Source: Utricularia gibba
Lineage: Eukaryota > Plantae > Magnoliophyta
DNA length: 64,000 bases
Assembly (NCBI GenBank): GCA_002189035.1
Contig: CM007990.1
Coordinates: 310,001 to 374,000, forward strand
Direction: 5' to 3'
The notes under the pieces are model-generated. The model made no database searches. It worked only from the letters and a program-made list of their open reading frames with translations, and was not told the origin of the DNA. Position 1 is the stretch's first letter. Every line of letters begins with the position of its first letter. Below, piece after piece: positions 13,323 to 26,274 of this stretch. The position numbers and the translations under genes are program-made.

Positions 13323-15660
13323 GGTTGCTGGTTGCTGGTTGCAGAGAAACCCCACAGGTCAGACTTTGAAGATCGGAGATCAGTTCCCATATATATACAC
13401 CTGTAAGAATTCACTTGCTTTGACTTCCGTTATGAACAAACAAGGCACTGAATCTTACTGCGTCTTTATTCTGGGAATAACTCCCATTGTTGAACAGTGG
13501 AGATGAGTCAAGTGCAGCATGCTATGACCCTCTGTGAGAGCACTCAAAAGTCAGAAGAATTGAAAGCTGCTAGGTGTAGCCTACAGAAGTCCGATAAGCA
13601 ATATTTCTGTTTGGATTGGAACTCTTCATTCAACAATTGATTTCATGGCATTGTGGAATTCAAATTTGGTTTGTTACACCCTATAAACCGCCCATGATAC
13701 TTTCACAAGTTTTGATTTTTCTCATGTTAGGTTAATTAGGGATGGAGGAAAAATTGATTTTTTTCATTCGGAGAAATCTGGTATACTAATAATGAGAACA
13801 AATTGCAATTGTTCAGGTGACCATAACAGCTACGGAGTGCAATTGTTCTTCTCCGCCTTGATTCGTTAAGCTCAGAATTGGAGTCTTCCTGTTTAGTTTT
13901 CCCCCACATTCTTTCTGGGCTGCTGGTGCTCTCATCTCTGATACCATGCTTTTGCAGCCCGAAGTGACAGACAATACGGACCACAGTCGGGTCGGATTCG
14001 GGTCTGGCACCCTGCATCGTCTCAGACATGCCACTGCTGCCATTCCACCCATACCTCAGAAACTCCCTTCCCTTCCAATCCATCATCTGGTAGGCTGACG
14101 CCTCTGGATGGAAAACACACTCATGAATCCATGGTGATACCACCCTGGTTCTTCGTCAGGGCTTTGCTCTGCAACTCAGCTCCCGAGAGCCCTCCAGAGC
14201 CAGCCCAGCCCAGCCCAGAGAAGGGAGGAGGAGGTAAACGTGTGTAAAAGCTTCCACTTGCGGTTGCATCTTGTGGTGGTGCAGCGACCACGAATGGAGT
14301 AGCACTGCCTTAGCTTTTGGGTGCAGTTGGTCGCATCACGGAGGACTGGGCCCACCGCCACCACCCTTTCTTTTTTATTGGCGGGCCATCCCTTTTCTTT
14401 CTTTCTTTTTTTTTTCTTATATAAAGTTTTACTATATTTTATACCATGTCCGTGTGATTATTTTTATATTAAAATACCCAAATATACACAATGTCAAATT
14501 AATAAAAAATCATTTTAAATCTATTAAAATCCTTTAAATATTAATATTTTAAATTTAAAAAATCAAAATTGAATTATTTTGAAACGTAGTGAAACAATTT
14601 TCGGTTTTCTTGATTATTCAATTATGGAGAAATGTATTTCAATAAACATAATCATACACACGTGCAAAAAAAAACAATAATAATAATACTTTTTAATTAC
14701 TGGAAAAATAGGTCAAAACAATCGGGGTAAGGTAGGGCTTGCCATTGGCCGAGGCTTGATTTAGCTGCACGTGTGCGCAGGGTGTGAGATGATGACTTGG
14801 TGCTTCCGCCGGTTGCCACTTGGGTTATTTGAAAACCGGCTCCGGCTCCGCCTCCGGGGTTGGGAGGCGTGAATGTGCCTGAAAAGATGAGCCAAAGGTA
14901 GCAGTCTCGGATCAGAGGTGTCCATCTCCGACTGGGCACTATTCCCCTGAAACCTGGCTGCTAGTATCTTTAAAGATCCTTCTTTTTTTCCAGTTTTTAC
15001 ATGTAGGGGGAAACATCTACAGTCACCGCACACGCATTTCCCATTTCAGCTGGACGACCCGAGTGAGTTGGAGGCTGCTTTGTTTCCTTGGCTTTTCAAT
15101 CTTGTGTGTCTTTCTTCTCTTTTTCTCTGTTGCTGAGGTCAAAAGAGCAGGAAAGCACTAGCTTTTTTTCACCCCACTTTGCCCCACCCATGCTGGAAGC
15201 AAAACCAGGGTTCTCTGCTCTACTGTTGTACAGTTGAGGAGTGCTTCGTATTGAATTGCTTCCATGTTAGAATTTGCTTTCTGGGTTTCTGTCAAGTGGG
15301 GTTCTTTTTCCTTTTCCTTTGGCTTTGAATGAATTCTGATAATGGGTCGCGTCTAGGTTCAATGGGTTGTAGTGAACTTAGAGTGATTGGTTCCTGTTTC
15401 TTTTGAGTGTTGTTTCTGTGTGCCTTTCCTTCTTTTAGATCAGCAAGTTTCTTGATTGGTTTTCTTGTATGGTGGAAAGGTGGGGGTATTTGAAAGATTC
15501 TTGAAGGTGAGAGGTGGATATTAGCGAAAAGTTATTCTGATTCCTCTACATAAAACCGCTTCTTCACCGAAGCTTCACTTTGCCATTCTGAAGTTTCCGA
15601 GCTCTGTGTTTCTCTTCACTCCGCTTCCAGACCCTTCTTTTTTGTTCATTCCTTTTGTTT

Positions 15661-16687
15661 ATGAACTGGGGGATGGAGATTTTATTACCAAATCCGTATG
15701 TATCGAGTTTGACTTGGGTGGCGGAGGACAGCAGCCGGAGCACGATGTGGACGGCGGAGGAGAACAAAGCGTTTGAGTACGCTTTGACTCTTTTCGATGA
15801 GAAAATGCCGGACAGGTGGCAGAAAGTCGCCGCCATGGTCCCCGGAAAGACAGTTGATGATGTTAAGAGGCAGTACAAGGAACTGGAAGATGATGTGAGC
15901 AGCATAGAAGCAGGGCTGTACCCTGTTCCTGGCTACAGCAACACATCATCCCTTTGTATGCTCGAGTGGGGAAGTTCCGGCCATCGCTACAACGGTGGCA
16001 TTAAAACGCCTTATCCGTGCAGGAAATCCTCCGTCGCCGCCACCGCCCGCCCCGCCGATCATGAGAGGAAAAAGGGTATCCCTTGGACGGAAGATGAGCA
16101 TAAGTGAGACTTCATCACTTTGAATAGCGAGATGATCTTCTTGATTTCTTTGTTTGACAATGGAAATGTCCCTGTCTCCTTTGCAGGCTATTTTTGATGG
16201 GGCTGAAGAAATATGGAAAGGGGGACTGGAGAAACATATCACGGAACTTTGTGATCTCAAGAACTCCAACACAGGTTGCTAGTCATGCTCAAAAGTATTT
16301 CATCCGGCAGCTCAACGGTGGCAAGGACAAGAGGAGGGCAAGCATTCACGACATAACCACTCTGAGCCTCGAACAGGAGGCCAAAACTCCGACCGAGAGC
16401 ACTAAAAAGTCGCCATCGCCGGAGCAATCCCCTGTTCAGAAACTTCCTTACCACTGGAGCCAGTCCAACAATGAGCCGTTTGGTTCTCAGGGCGAAGGGG
16501 TATTTTTGGGTCGATTCCATTTGAAGCCAGCTCCTACTGGCAACATCTGCAAGGAGAGGCTGTTGAAGAAGCCTTGTTAGCAGCTCAAGATGTGTTCTTG
16601 CAGAGGCAAATTGGGTTTCAGTATCCAGTTCATGAGAGGGTAGCATTCTACTGCAACGACGAACTCAACCATTTGGATTCTGCTTAA
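15661..16687 (+). CDS. DIV: DIVARICATA-type MYB transcription factor (two SANT/MYB repeats); intron 16104-16186; apparent frameshift at 16508-16510
   Basis: [13 protein letters not shown]...[26 protein letters not shown] and [55 protein letters not shown]...[12 protein letters not shown] closely match Antirrhinum DIV as I recall it. Start may instead be ATG 15673. As written, the ORF stops at 16580. Confidence 0.93.
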
Positions 16688-17845
16688 AAGTGGCTCAGGA
16701 TTGTATGTTCTCTTGATCCTTGTTCACAAGAAAGTTTCTGGGAAAGCTTTATATGCCTCACTGAAGAATCCCACTGTATTTGAAGTAATCAGGTTATGAT
16801 ATAAAGGTTACATCTTTGGATTCTGTGTGCTCCATTTCACATTCATGGCAAATTTTTTCTTTTGCATTCGTCACTCTAATTAATCTAAAGATCTAAGCCA
16901 AACAAGCTTGTTCTTTGCCGTGCTGTCTAGATCAACAAAAAAACCAATCTTTTTTCTGGTAGAGAGCTGTGCAGAACAAATCAACAACACCCTGGTTCCT
17001 TTTTTTTTATTGATAAGATGAGACGTATACCGAGTTTAAGGTTTAAGGTTTATGTCGTCTCGTCTTTCCTTAGCTGCTATCTTTCACCGTAACATGCTAT
17101 CGTGAGCTTGCTTTAGTGTAAAAACCGTGTTGAGGATTCCACTTCGTCACATGCCTGAAAGTATCTGTAAAAAGGAGGAGAAGCACAATAATTGAAGCAC
17201 AAAGTACCTTATTCCACCCGGTAAGAAAAAGCATGCATCATGTAGCATGTTGATGCGGTATATTCACCTTCACCGCATTCCACATTGGTTTCAGACAAAG
17301 CATGAAATAGGACAGAGTACTAAATCACAATGATCCAATTTTCTGAGAAATATCAAACCAAAGTAAGCAGCATTTTTTCTTCATGCAGAAGGAGATGAAG
17401 GAACCTTAAGCCACTTTATTCCAACCGTTGTCCTTCCTATAACCACATGTGTACTTAACAGGACCTGAACTTTCGGTTGTCTGAATGGTTTATCTCTCTG
17501 TCCTTTGGAAATATTCCGATTCCCTTAACACTGATTGGTAATCATATCATTTTCTTTCATTTTGTAAAGGCAGCCACGGGACGATCACAAATATTCCAGT
17601 AGAAATATCCACACATGCTTGTTCACCTGCAGCGCCGCAGGGATCACGAATCTGTGAAGATGTTTCTGTAGTATCCAGGATGAGGATTGGCTGTGCTAGA
17701 TTGAGCTTGCCTGTGAACTTTGTCAAGTCTTGCTGTTGCTTCGGTTACTTGAATCAAGAATACTGTAATTATCTCAAGTAGCTTTGCTCGGGCTTCTTTC
17801 TAGTGCTGCAAAGAAATAAATCTTGGCTTCAAACGAGTGTAGCAG

Positions 17846-20800
17846 TCAGTTCTCTTCTACACCAAAATTTAACCTTTGAGTGGAAAGCGATGTAACATTG
17901 CTTGGTGTACCTAATTGATCGCCCAGAACTGCTGTAGTTTCATTTGCATTGGAATGCTGATCATCTCCATTTGTGTTGTTTGGTTGTGAAGAGGACAGAA
18001 CCAGATGATCAACAGCACGATCCACAGCTAAAGTTGCAGCCACTGCGTTATGTTGTCTGTCTTGATCTTCCTCATTCTTCTTGCCCAACTCTAGTGAGGG
18101 GGAAAGAGAAGTTCTGCTACATCAACATCCTTAGGTTCATACTTTGCATCATACTCAAGGGGATCTGATAAGGGGGCAACAGGCTCCTCTGCATAAAGAT
18201 CCTGAACTTCCATTTTCATCCCAAGCTCCAAAGTGATTGGAGATATTGAATTTAGTTCTCTGTTTTGATTATCAGCATCGAAATTATGACCCTCTACGGT
18301 GTTCACGCCCCAGTCTAGTGACTTAACAAGCCCAAGCTCAGCTGCATTATCATTACCATTGGCATCCTTTTTCCCCTGTTCATCCCCTGCGTTCTTCTGT
18401 TCTAACTCTGGTGAGAAGGTAACAGAGAGCCCTTCTGAATCAAGAGTACCATCTTGCTCCTGTATCCCACACTCCATCAAAGTTGAAGCCTTTTCAAGTT
18501 TCTGAAGAGCATGATCACCGGGCTTGTTCAAGTTCTCATACTTATCATCCTTGTTCACATCATCTCCCAAAGAAGCTTCATCCGCCATGTCAGGATTCTT
18601 AGTAGCTGTGCTTATGGTGTTTTCCAGTTCGTCCTGCTCGCCTATAACTTGAACATCCTCTTCTGAGTGGCAAGCTGCTGATGGCATTGATTTTTGGTAA
18701 GGAAATGGACTAGAAAGTTGAGAATCCCTTGGGAAAGCCTGACGGCCATCTTCATCCCAATCAAGGCTGGACATGGAAACTCTATGCAATGCATCACTCA
18801 GATGCAGAACGGAGTCCGGTGATGTGGCAGAGCTTCCCATAATCGTATCATTTGATGCCAAGGTTCCTTCACCATCGTTTTCAGTAGCTTCAATGTAACT
18901 CAATGCTCCTTCTGGCTGAGTTTCAGTGAAATGGTGATGGTCATTGTTGTCTGAAACAGTTGATGATACCTCCAGCAACATCATGCTAGAGCTGTTTGCA
19001 TCATCCAAATTGGTTGTGGTTGCATCTTTCCTTCGTGACGACATCGATTTTTCTAATGTCTTGAAGATCTTCTCATCCAAATTGGTGGACCTCCTGCTGC
19101 TGCTCACTGGGGATCCAGGTTCTGAACACAGGTTCCCTTCTGTGTTGTTTTGCAGTAAAAGCTCATCACCTCCATTGATTCTCGAAAACCCAACTCGCAT
19201 TACATCCGCCTCAGAAACCTCGTCCACCCCAGTTCTTGATTCGCAGTCTTCCACCTGCGATGGATGAGATGTTCCAGTCCAAGCATCCACACCATCCCAT
19301 GTAATCTTCTTCTCCGCCATGTCTTCATCGTTTGTGCTTGAGAAATCTAGATGATCTTGATATGAAATAGTATCATTTATCGTCATTGGGGGCGAGCTAA
19401 CCTCTGAAACCTCAACTTCCAAATCAGAAGCAATCGAGTAGGAAGGAAGATGATGATGTATACCATGCCGGAACAACTGTGATGGAGCAACAGAGCTCAA
19501 ATAGCTTTCTCCCACCTCCTTGCTCTCTACTTCCTCTGAAACGCTTCTTCGAGACATAGAATAAAGTGATTTCAGTATGGTTTCTTTGTCTATCTTGTAC
19601 ACCGGTGCACTGTCTGCCGACGACATACTTGAGCTTGAGGATGAAGCTGAACAAAGACCTTCTTTTGGAAGCAGACTTGCATAGCCATCATCTGCTTCCA
19701 CTTCGGCATTCCGAGTATCGCTTTCATGGACCTGTATGACTTCTTTGATTTGATCCTCAATAGGGTTCTCTTCAGCAGCCCTCGATTCAGAGAAATGACA
19801 TGTTTCTTGATCCATCAGAAGAGGCAACCCCTCATCTACCATGAAAACAGAACAATCACACAAGAAACAATCACTGCAATGCATAAAGATGTCAACTTTT
19901 GCATTACCATGTTTTGTTGACGATTGAAAATCTGATGAATGATTCTTGCCTCTCGGTTTGGAATGCTCATCGTTGCCAAAAGTGTGTGCACCTCCTCCCA
20001 AACTGAAACTTTCATGCCTGCAGTAGGTGAGATCCCTGGCATTACCGTTCAAAAACTCTTGTTGGAAGGCATCCCCGGTGAGGTCTGGTTTCTCCTCCTG
20101 TGGATCATAAGGTATATCGAACGGATTCCTCCCCGGGATAAGTACCGGCGGGGCGGAGCCGGGGCTGTCAACGAACTCACCCTCGAGCCAAGTACCTGCT
20201 TTTGGTATAAGCAGAGATGAGACGTGTTGGGAGATGTTTCTCTCTATGTTCACCAGCTTCATTGCAGATTCATGGTTCAGGAATTTCCGCAATCTTCGCC
20301 TCGCGATCAGGCTCTCGAGCCTCTTAGTCTTCTCCGCGTCTGAAATCCCTAAATCAGGGATATCGCCGCTCTTGTTCTTCTCCTTCACCCCTGTTCCCTC
20401 CTCCCAGACGGCGAAACTCCGGCTGAAATTGTCCCGTTTCCGCGTCTCAGACGACACCAGCACTTCCCGGATTTCCTTGGGGCTTTCTTCGATCAATGCG
20501 TTCTTGTCAACCACATCAACGTCGATATTAGTCGATGCGTATTTCTGCACCTCCGGCAGCATTTGCTGCATTGTGATCTCCCTTGGCCTCCGCCGCCGGA
20601 CGGAATGAACACGTCCATAAGAAAACCTGGTTCTCCGGTCATTCTCTTCCTCTTCCTCAGACCTCTTCGACCCATTTCGAGAAAGCAACCAACTAGCAGC
20701 AACCGCCCCGATACAGACGACGAAAGGAAACGAGTACACCAGAGCCCAGAAAACTAAAGGCAAGAACAAATAGAGAAGAAACACCCCCAACAAGGAAGAA

Positions 20801-20901
20801 GAAAACAAGGGGTATTCAGCTGAAACTCCGATCACCGTTTCTACTGTGAATCTGAAGAGTTTCCATAGACAAATCCGAACATCATGAGCATCCAAACTCA
20901 T
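17846..20901 (-). CDS. Large acidic protein of unknown function with N-terminal transmembrane segment (plant family carrying RLESLIARRR and NPFDIPYDPQEEKPDL motifs)
   Basis: 936-aa ORF with a hydrophobic N-terminus, KRLESLIARRRLRK, PVLIPGRNPFDIPYDPQEEKPDLTGDAFQQEF and CRHESFSLG, followed by a D/E/S-rich tail. The 3' end is uncertain: the stop is at 18091 as written and extends to 17846 or beyond with one added base. Confidence 0.8.
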
Positions 20902-21223
20902 GTTTTTTTTTCCTCAACCACTCCCTGCAACTCTTCTAAAGATTGAATCTTTGTTCTCCCTGGAAAACGGGAAGTCAACACCTGCATGCTATATGTAATG
21001 TGCGCATCGGGAGGCAGAGATCCTCGTCTTCTCCACAATTTCCTGCCAGGCCATTCCCCGATTCTCATGCCGAAAAATTGCAAAATGGAATCTTTCCGTA
21101 ATTTCTGAAAGTATGGGGACTAGTTTGCAATTCGCAATTCTTGTCTGGCATTCAACGGTTCGCCTTGCGGGCTTCATCCCACACTGCAAACACGTTGGTT
21201 AGTTCCTCAGTCACTTGCATAGC

Positions 21224-21279
21224 AGATCTTGTACAAACAAATCACATTCTAAGATCTTGTACAAACAAATCACATTCTA
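21224..21279. repeat. Perfect 28-bp tandem duplication, intergenic
   Basis: AGATCTTGTACAAACAAATCACATTCTA at 21224 and again at 21252. Confidence 0.95.
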
Positions 21280-21355
21280 AATTTCAGAACTTGAAATATA
21301 ATTCAGACCCATAACTGAAGAGCAAATCTTGTTGGTCAAAGATGGACAAATCTAA

Positions 21356-22807
21356 TCACATTTTACAACAATCGACAGGGAGCAACAAAGAGAGTGGGGG
21401 GGAGTAGCTTCGCATACGCAGCAGGGAATCAGATGTCGGACTTGAACCTGGGGGTGGTGCTTCGTTGCCGTGTATGCGTACTGCATTCGACCTTGAGAGG
21501 GCGTCTGCGTCTGGTGTGACTGGCTTCTGTAGCATGTGTTGGTCTTCCTCCTCGACCTCTAGTTGTGAACTGCTTGATGGTTTACCAGTTGACAGAAGGC
21601 TCTTGAACCAGGTAGCTTGGAGACGTGGAGCTCCTCTTGTGGAGTTTGTCTGAGACTCCGGGGTGACAATGGAATGCTTGGCTGCGACTGACTGCATAAA
21701 CCGATATGCTACCTTACTAGCAGTGACGATTTCATTCTTTGCTTGTCTCAACTGTAGAGGGAAGAGGATAATGATGAGGGGCAGATTCAGATTTGAATTA
21801 GCGCCAGAAAAGGAGGATGGAATCTTACACGATAGGCTGTGTTTCCTGCTATTTCTACTGCAGTATCTCCAGCATTTGCAAACCTGTTCACCCAGCCTAC
21901 CGTAAACACGAGAAGCTTAAAAAGGTCACAACAGAATCACACTATGAGGAAGAAAGAAATACAGCTCAATCACCAAAGTAATTACCAGGAAGCTTTGATA
22001 CACCGAGTCTCTCACAGAGAACGTCACAGAAATGGTTGCAGTTTCTCGAGAGTAAGTCATAAGAGTGACCGGGCCATTCTCTACTGAGTTCCCTTAGTAT
22101 CTGATTGACTTTGAAAATAGAGAATTGTGTTTCCCCTAGATTAATCGCCTCACGGTACGTATACATGGGGTTCTTGGTTGATGGACAGCTGAAGACACCA
22201 GTACCCTGCTCGCAATGGCCAAATGACCATTCCTCATCTCCATAAATCTGTTGATCAAGCCCAAGTTAAAAACTTTTTCAAAACGTCACAGATAGGATTC
22301 ATAACAGCAACAACGAACAGGTGGAATGGACCAAATTAAGAGAAACAACACTCGCGGTAAAACTTGGCACTTGCACCAGATGCATTCAACAAAACAACCA
22401 CATACTTCACTAAGATATGTAACAGATTTTTCGTCACTTCTTACTTGATAAACTTCATACAAAACTAAACTACCCGAAAAGATGGCCCCAGGAATCACAC
22501 GTAAGCCACCGTAGAAACCCTATTACCCACCCAATCTGGGAAAATTAAGCGAAACCCTAGATCCAAAGGAGACTCCAACAAAACACAAGTTCCCGAACAC
22601 TAACAAGGAGACACGGTTCAAGAAAACGAAAACCAAGTCGCCGGAAGTCAATAAAAGGAAGCGGATTTAACTAACCTGCACCGCGCTGTGGAAGATGCCG
22701 CCGATGCCAATCCCATCCTTGAAGATCTTGTTGATCTGCATTATAGTGTTGTCCGTTTTCTCATTCCCACTGTTGGTCACATCGTATACATGGAGAATAA
22801 CCTCCAT
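21356..22807 (-). CDS. DeSI-like / PPPDE putative thiol peptidase
   Basis: MEVILHVYDVT...GGIFHSAVQ|IYGDEEWSFG...YDLLSRNCNHFCD (catalytic His and NCN Cys motifs), then WVNRFANAG. Confidence 0.92.
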
Positions 22808-23264
22808 CTCCACCAAATCCAAACCCTCACCTCCTCCCTCCTCCGCAATTCCGAACACCCAAATTCCGAAACCCCTCCCTGCGACTCCACTATATGATCA
22901 GTACGATTGGGAATTGCAAAGACGTCAGCTCCTTTTCTTTTTGTCTGCCATTTTAATTTCTTTTTATTCCTATTAATTCTTTTATAATTTGCACATTTTA
23001 ATTTTCATACCTTTTTTCATTTGTGTTTAGTAATAAACTTATTTTAAAAATAATTATTCAGAAATATAATTCCATTTTTTACAACTATTCTTTTTTTAGT
23101 AATAAATCTTCATATTTAATAACAAAATTATTTCAATTTTGAATTATTCCATTTTACATAAATATTCAACTAGAAATTGCAAGCAATTCATAACATTAGT
23201 AGTGCTACATGTGAAAAAGGTGAAGAACAGACATAGAAAGAAACCGGGAAGGGAGTCTTCTTCT

Positions 23265-23830
23265 TCAATAGGCACGCTCCTTTATGATATCGAAGCTCAT
23301 TTCACTGGGGTCGGTTGCCTGAAGTTCAACCTGAATGCCATCAAGTTCCCTCTTGAACCTGTCCTTGGAGCTGGCGTAAACCATCTTCATCCTCACCTTG
23401 GATGAATCTGGAGACCTGTGCAGACGAAATGTGGAAGATGCAGGCAACCAGAGGATTCTTATTCTGATGCTGATGCTGAGAAAAAGGTTACCATGCTATG
23501 AAGAAGATCTTGCTCTTCTGGCAGTTCTCGGAGGTGGTGAAGTCGAGATCGAAGACGGCGTAGCGACACTCGTCGGAGGGCAGGGCGTTGGTAAAATCTT
23601 CGTAGCTGGATTCAGGGCTCCCGAGCTTGTCCACCACCACCTGCTGACCCTCGATCTTGAAGGTTAGGAAGCGGTGGTTTCTTTTGGCTTTCAGCTCCAG
23701 GAACCTCAGCTTGCAGTCATCGTCCACCGCCATTCCAGAAGCAGAGTTCGCCTGAAACAAACGAGATCATCACATGGATAATGAAATTAGAAGCATTAGG
23801 CATTGAAGTGAGAGGAAGGAACAGCACCAT
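23265..23830 (-). CDS. ADF: Actin-depolymerising factor (ADF7/8/10/11-like subclass); exon 1 is the ATG only
   Basis: M|[24 protein letters not shown]...[10 protein letters not shown]...KIFFIAW|[39 protein letters not shown]. Confidence 0.97.
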
Positions 23831-24291
23831 TTTGGGTCCCAATGAGAGGAAGAAACTGTAACGCAAGGAGAAGGATTGTAGGTGTAATGGTTGATGTGCT
23901 GGTTTTGAGGAGAATTGGAAAGATCAAAACAGGAGACAAACGCGGAGTTCCACTGGAAAGAAGCAAACGGTCATCATCAGTTTTTGTTTATTCCTCTAAA
24001 AATAGCCTTGAAAAAATGTTTTCTTTCCAGTAATCATTTTATTGGCAACCCCTCCACTTTTATTCACATTTTAGATTAAATCATGAACATTCAACAAGAC
24101 AAGTGTAAGCTCTACAAAGCTTGTGAGATTCAATTTACTTAAGAGACTTCTCATTCAACAAACAGAGGAACGACAAAGCAGGATTGGAAAAAAGGTCTCA
24201 ACCCCAGAAGCTGGTGTTGAAAATACAACTGATTTAAGTTTAAAGCAAAACATGTTTCGCTGCAAAATGCAACAAAAAACCAACACCAGCA

Positions 24292-24947
24292 TCACTTCTT
24301 CTTGTCGCCACCAGCAGCAGCCCTGCGAGAATCCAGCATCATCAATGTGTTAGAAGAGAAGACACAGGGAAAAAAAGCATCTATCCAAGTGAATCACCTC
24401 ATTTTGCGAAGGGCACCGGCCATTTCTTCTCTCTTTTTCTTGGCTCTCTTATGGGTACCCAATTTTCTCTTGGCTACTTTTAGAGCACGCTTGTCTTTCC
24501 CAACTTTAAGAAGCTCGGTTATCCTCTTCTCATACGGTGCAAACCCTGCTACCTCTCGGATAAGGCTCCTCACAAAATGCACTCTCTTGCTGGTTTTCTA
24601 CATCGTTCATACCAACAATTACCGATGTAGCCTCAGCAATAAACTAACAAAAACTGAGATTGCTGCCAGACATCAGAGTTGAAAACAAACACAAAACCAG
24701 CATGCACTGGCTGCCCACGGTGATTTAGTTGCAAGAATGAACTTTTACAAGTCATGCACCACATACACACCCTACATTGGAACGAAGCACACACATCGAC
24801 GACACATATCAATGAGAAGCACAGACCCCCTATGAGAAATCTTACCCCTTTCCTGTCCGAAGGACGGCAAGCTAACTCCTTCGGAGTGACGACATGCCCC
24901 TTGTTCAAGCCTACAAATAACCCACTTTTCGGCTGGTTCGGAGCCAT
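24292..24947 (-). CDS. RPL36: 60S ribosomal protein L36 (eL36); 3 coding exons plus a probable 5'UTR intron
   Basis: [13 protein letters not shown]...[54 protein letters not shown]. Confidence 0.97.
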
Positions 24948-25068
24948 CTGCAGTTAACCAAACAAACCATTTCATTATCCACATTTCACCCAAAAAAACA
25001 CCAAAAGTAAAACCCCATCCACAGATGCTAACATCGCGAAAACCATCAACCCATTTATCCAAAGATAT

Positions 25069-25316
25069 AAACCCTAGCACCTACCTCACGAACAAACCAA
25101 GAGACACTAACCTCTTCCTCTGCGCCTCCTGGCGGCCGTCAATGCTTCCAAGAACGAAAAATAAATTTTAGGGTTTATGTTGGTGAAGAACGAGGGCATC
25201 ATTGTCTTTCCACGATGATTTTGGAGGGTAAAAACGTCTTTTCCACAACGTAGGGCTATACACGGTTTACACTGCCCCATTGGGCTGTTCTTATCTGGAC
25301 CACCCCCAAGTGGGCT
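25069..25316. promoter_or_regulatory. Telo-boxes and site II elements in the shared RPL36 / C2H2 divergent promoter
   Basis: AAACCCTA at 25069-25076, TAGGGTTT at 25169-25176, TGGGCT at 25281 and 25311. This combination is established for plant ribosomal-protein promoters. Confidence 0.7.
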
Positions 25317-26274
25317 TCATTAATTAATCCCATGTGCAGACAATTTTGCTTTCTTGTACCTAAAATTAGTAATAAGTGATAATCAGGGTTTTATTTGAAT
25401 TTTTTCCCGAATTTATATTTATTTGTTTGATTAAATCTATTAAATAATAATTTTAATTAATAATATAATTTCAATGAGTAAGGTTTATGTCTCATCATGG
25501 AGCCCCAAAGTTTCCAAACTCTTCTAGCGGTTACCCTTCTTTTTCCCCGTAGAAAATATTCCGCCGAATCTCTATCTTGTTATCAAGGCATTTCCCTGTC
25601 AATGAGTTGAAAGGCAAGACCATTTTCGCTTTCTCGGTTTCACCGATAGTCGTGCCGCCGCCGCCTTATTTGCCGAAATGTTGGATCACCGCTCATGAAG
25701 GTTTTTCGCGTTGACGGCGTGACTCGTGTGATTCGTCTGTACTTATGTGGAACCGATTCATGCCTGGAGTAGGTTTCTGTTCTACATGTTTCCTCGGCGA
25801 TCGTTTTTGGATTTGTTATGTTGTCTCGTTGTTTGTTAATCGTTGAATCCTGCATTTGGTTTTTCCGGCTCTGTTAGGAACTCGTGATATGTGACGTGGT
25901 GAATAGAGGGATGAAAGTATGATTATGTTTTTGTTGTTGAGTTGTGTGTTGCAGCTTCTGTCTCACAGGGTAATTAGGTTTTACTGCATGCATGGTGATT
26001 AAGCGTAATATGGGGACATGGCAGGGCATAAGTGTTTTAACTTAGTCGTGCATTAGGAATTTTTGTGTCCTGGTGGTTTTGTTTCATTTTATTTTTTTGA
26101 TGTCTAGGTAACTGTTATGTAAATGGATTTTGATTGTTTTCTGCAGCTTTGATGTGTGTTTTATTGTCCATCGTCCATACTACGTTCGTACTTTATTTTC
26201 CACAGACTCCAATTGTTGTGATATTTTCTTTTTTACTGTGTAGATCAGTGGCATCTGCAGCCGTATTTCGCAAA

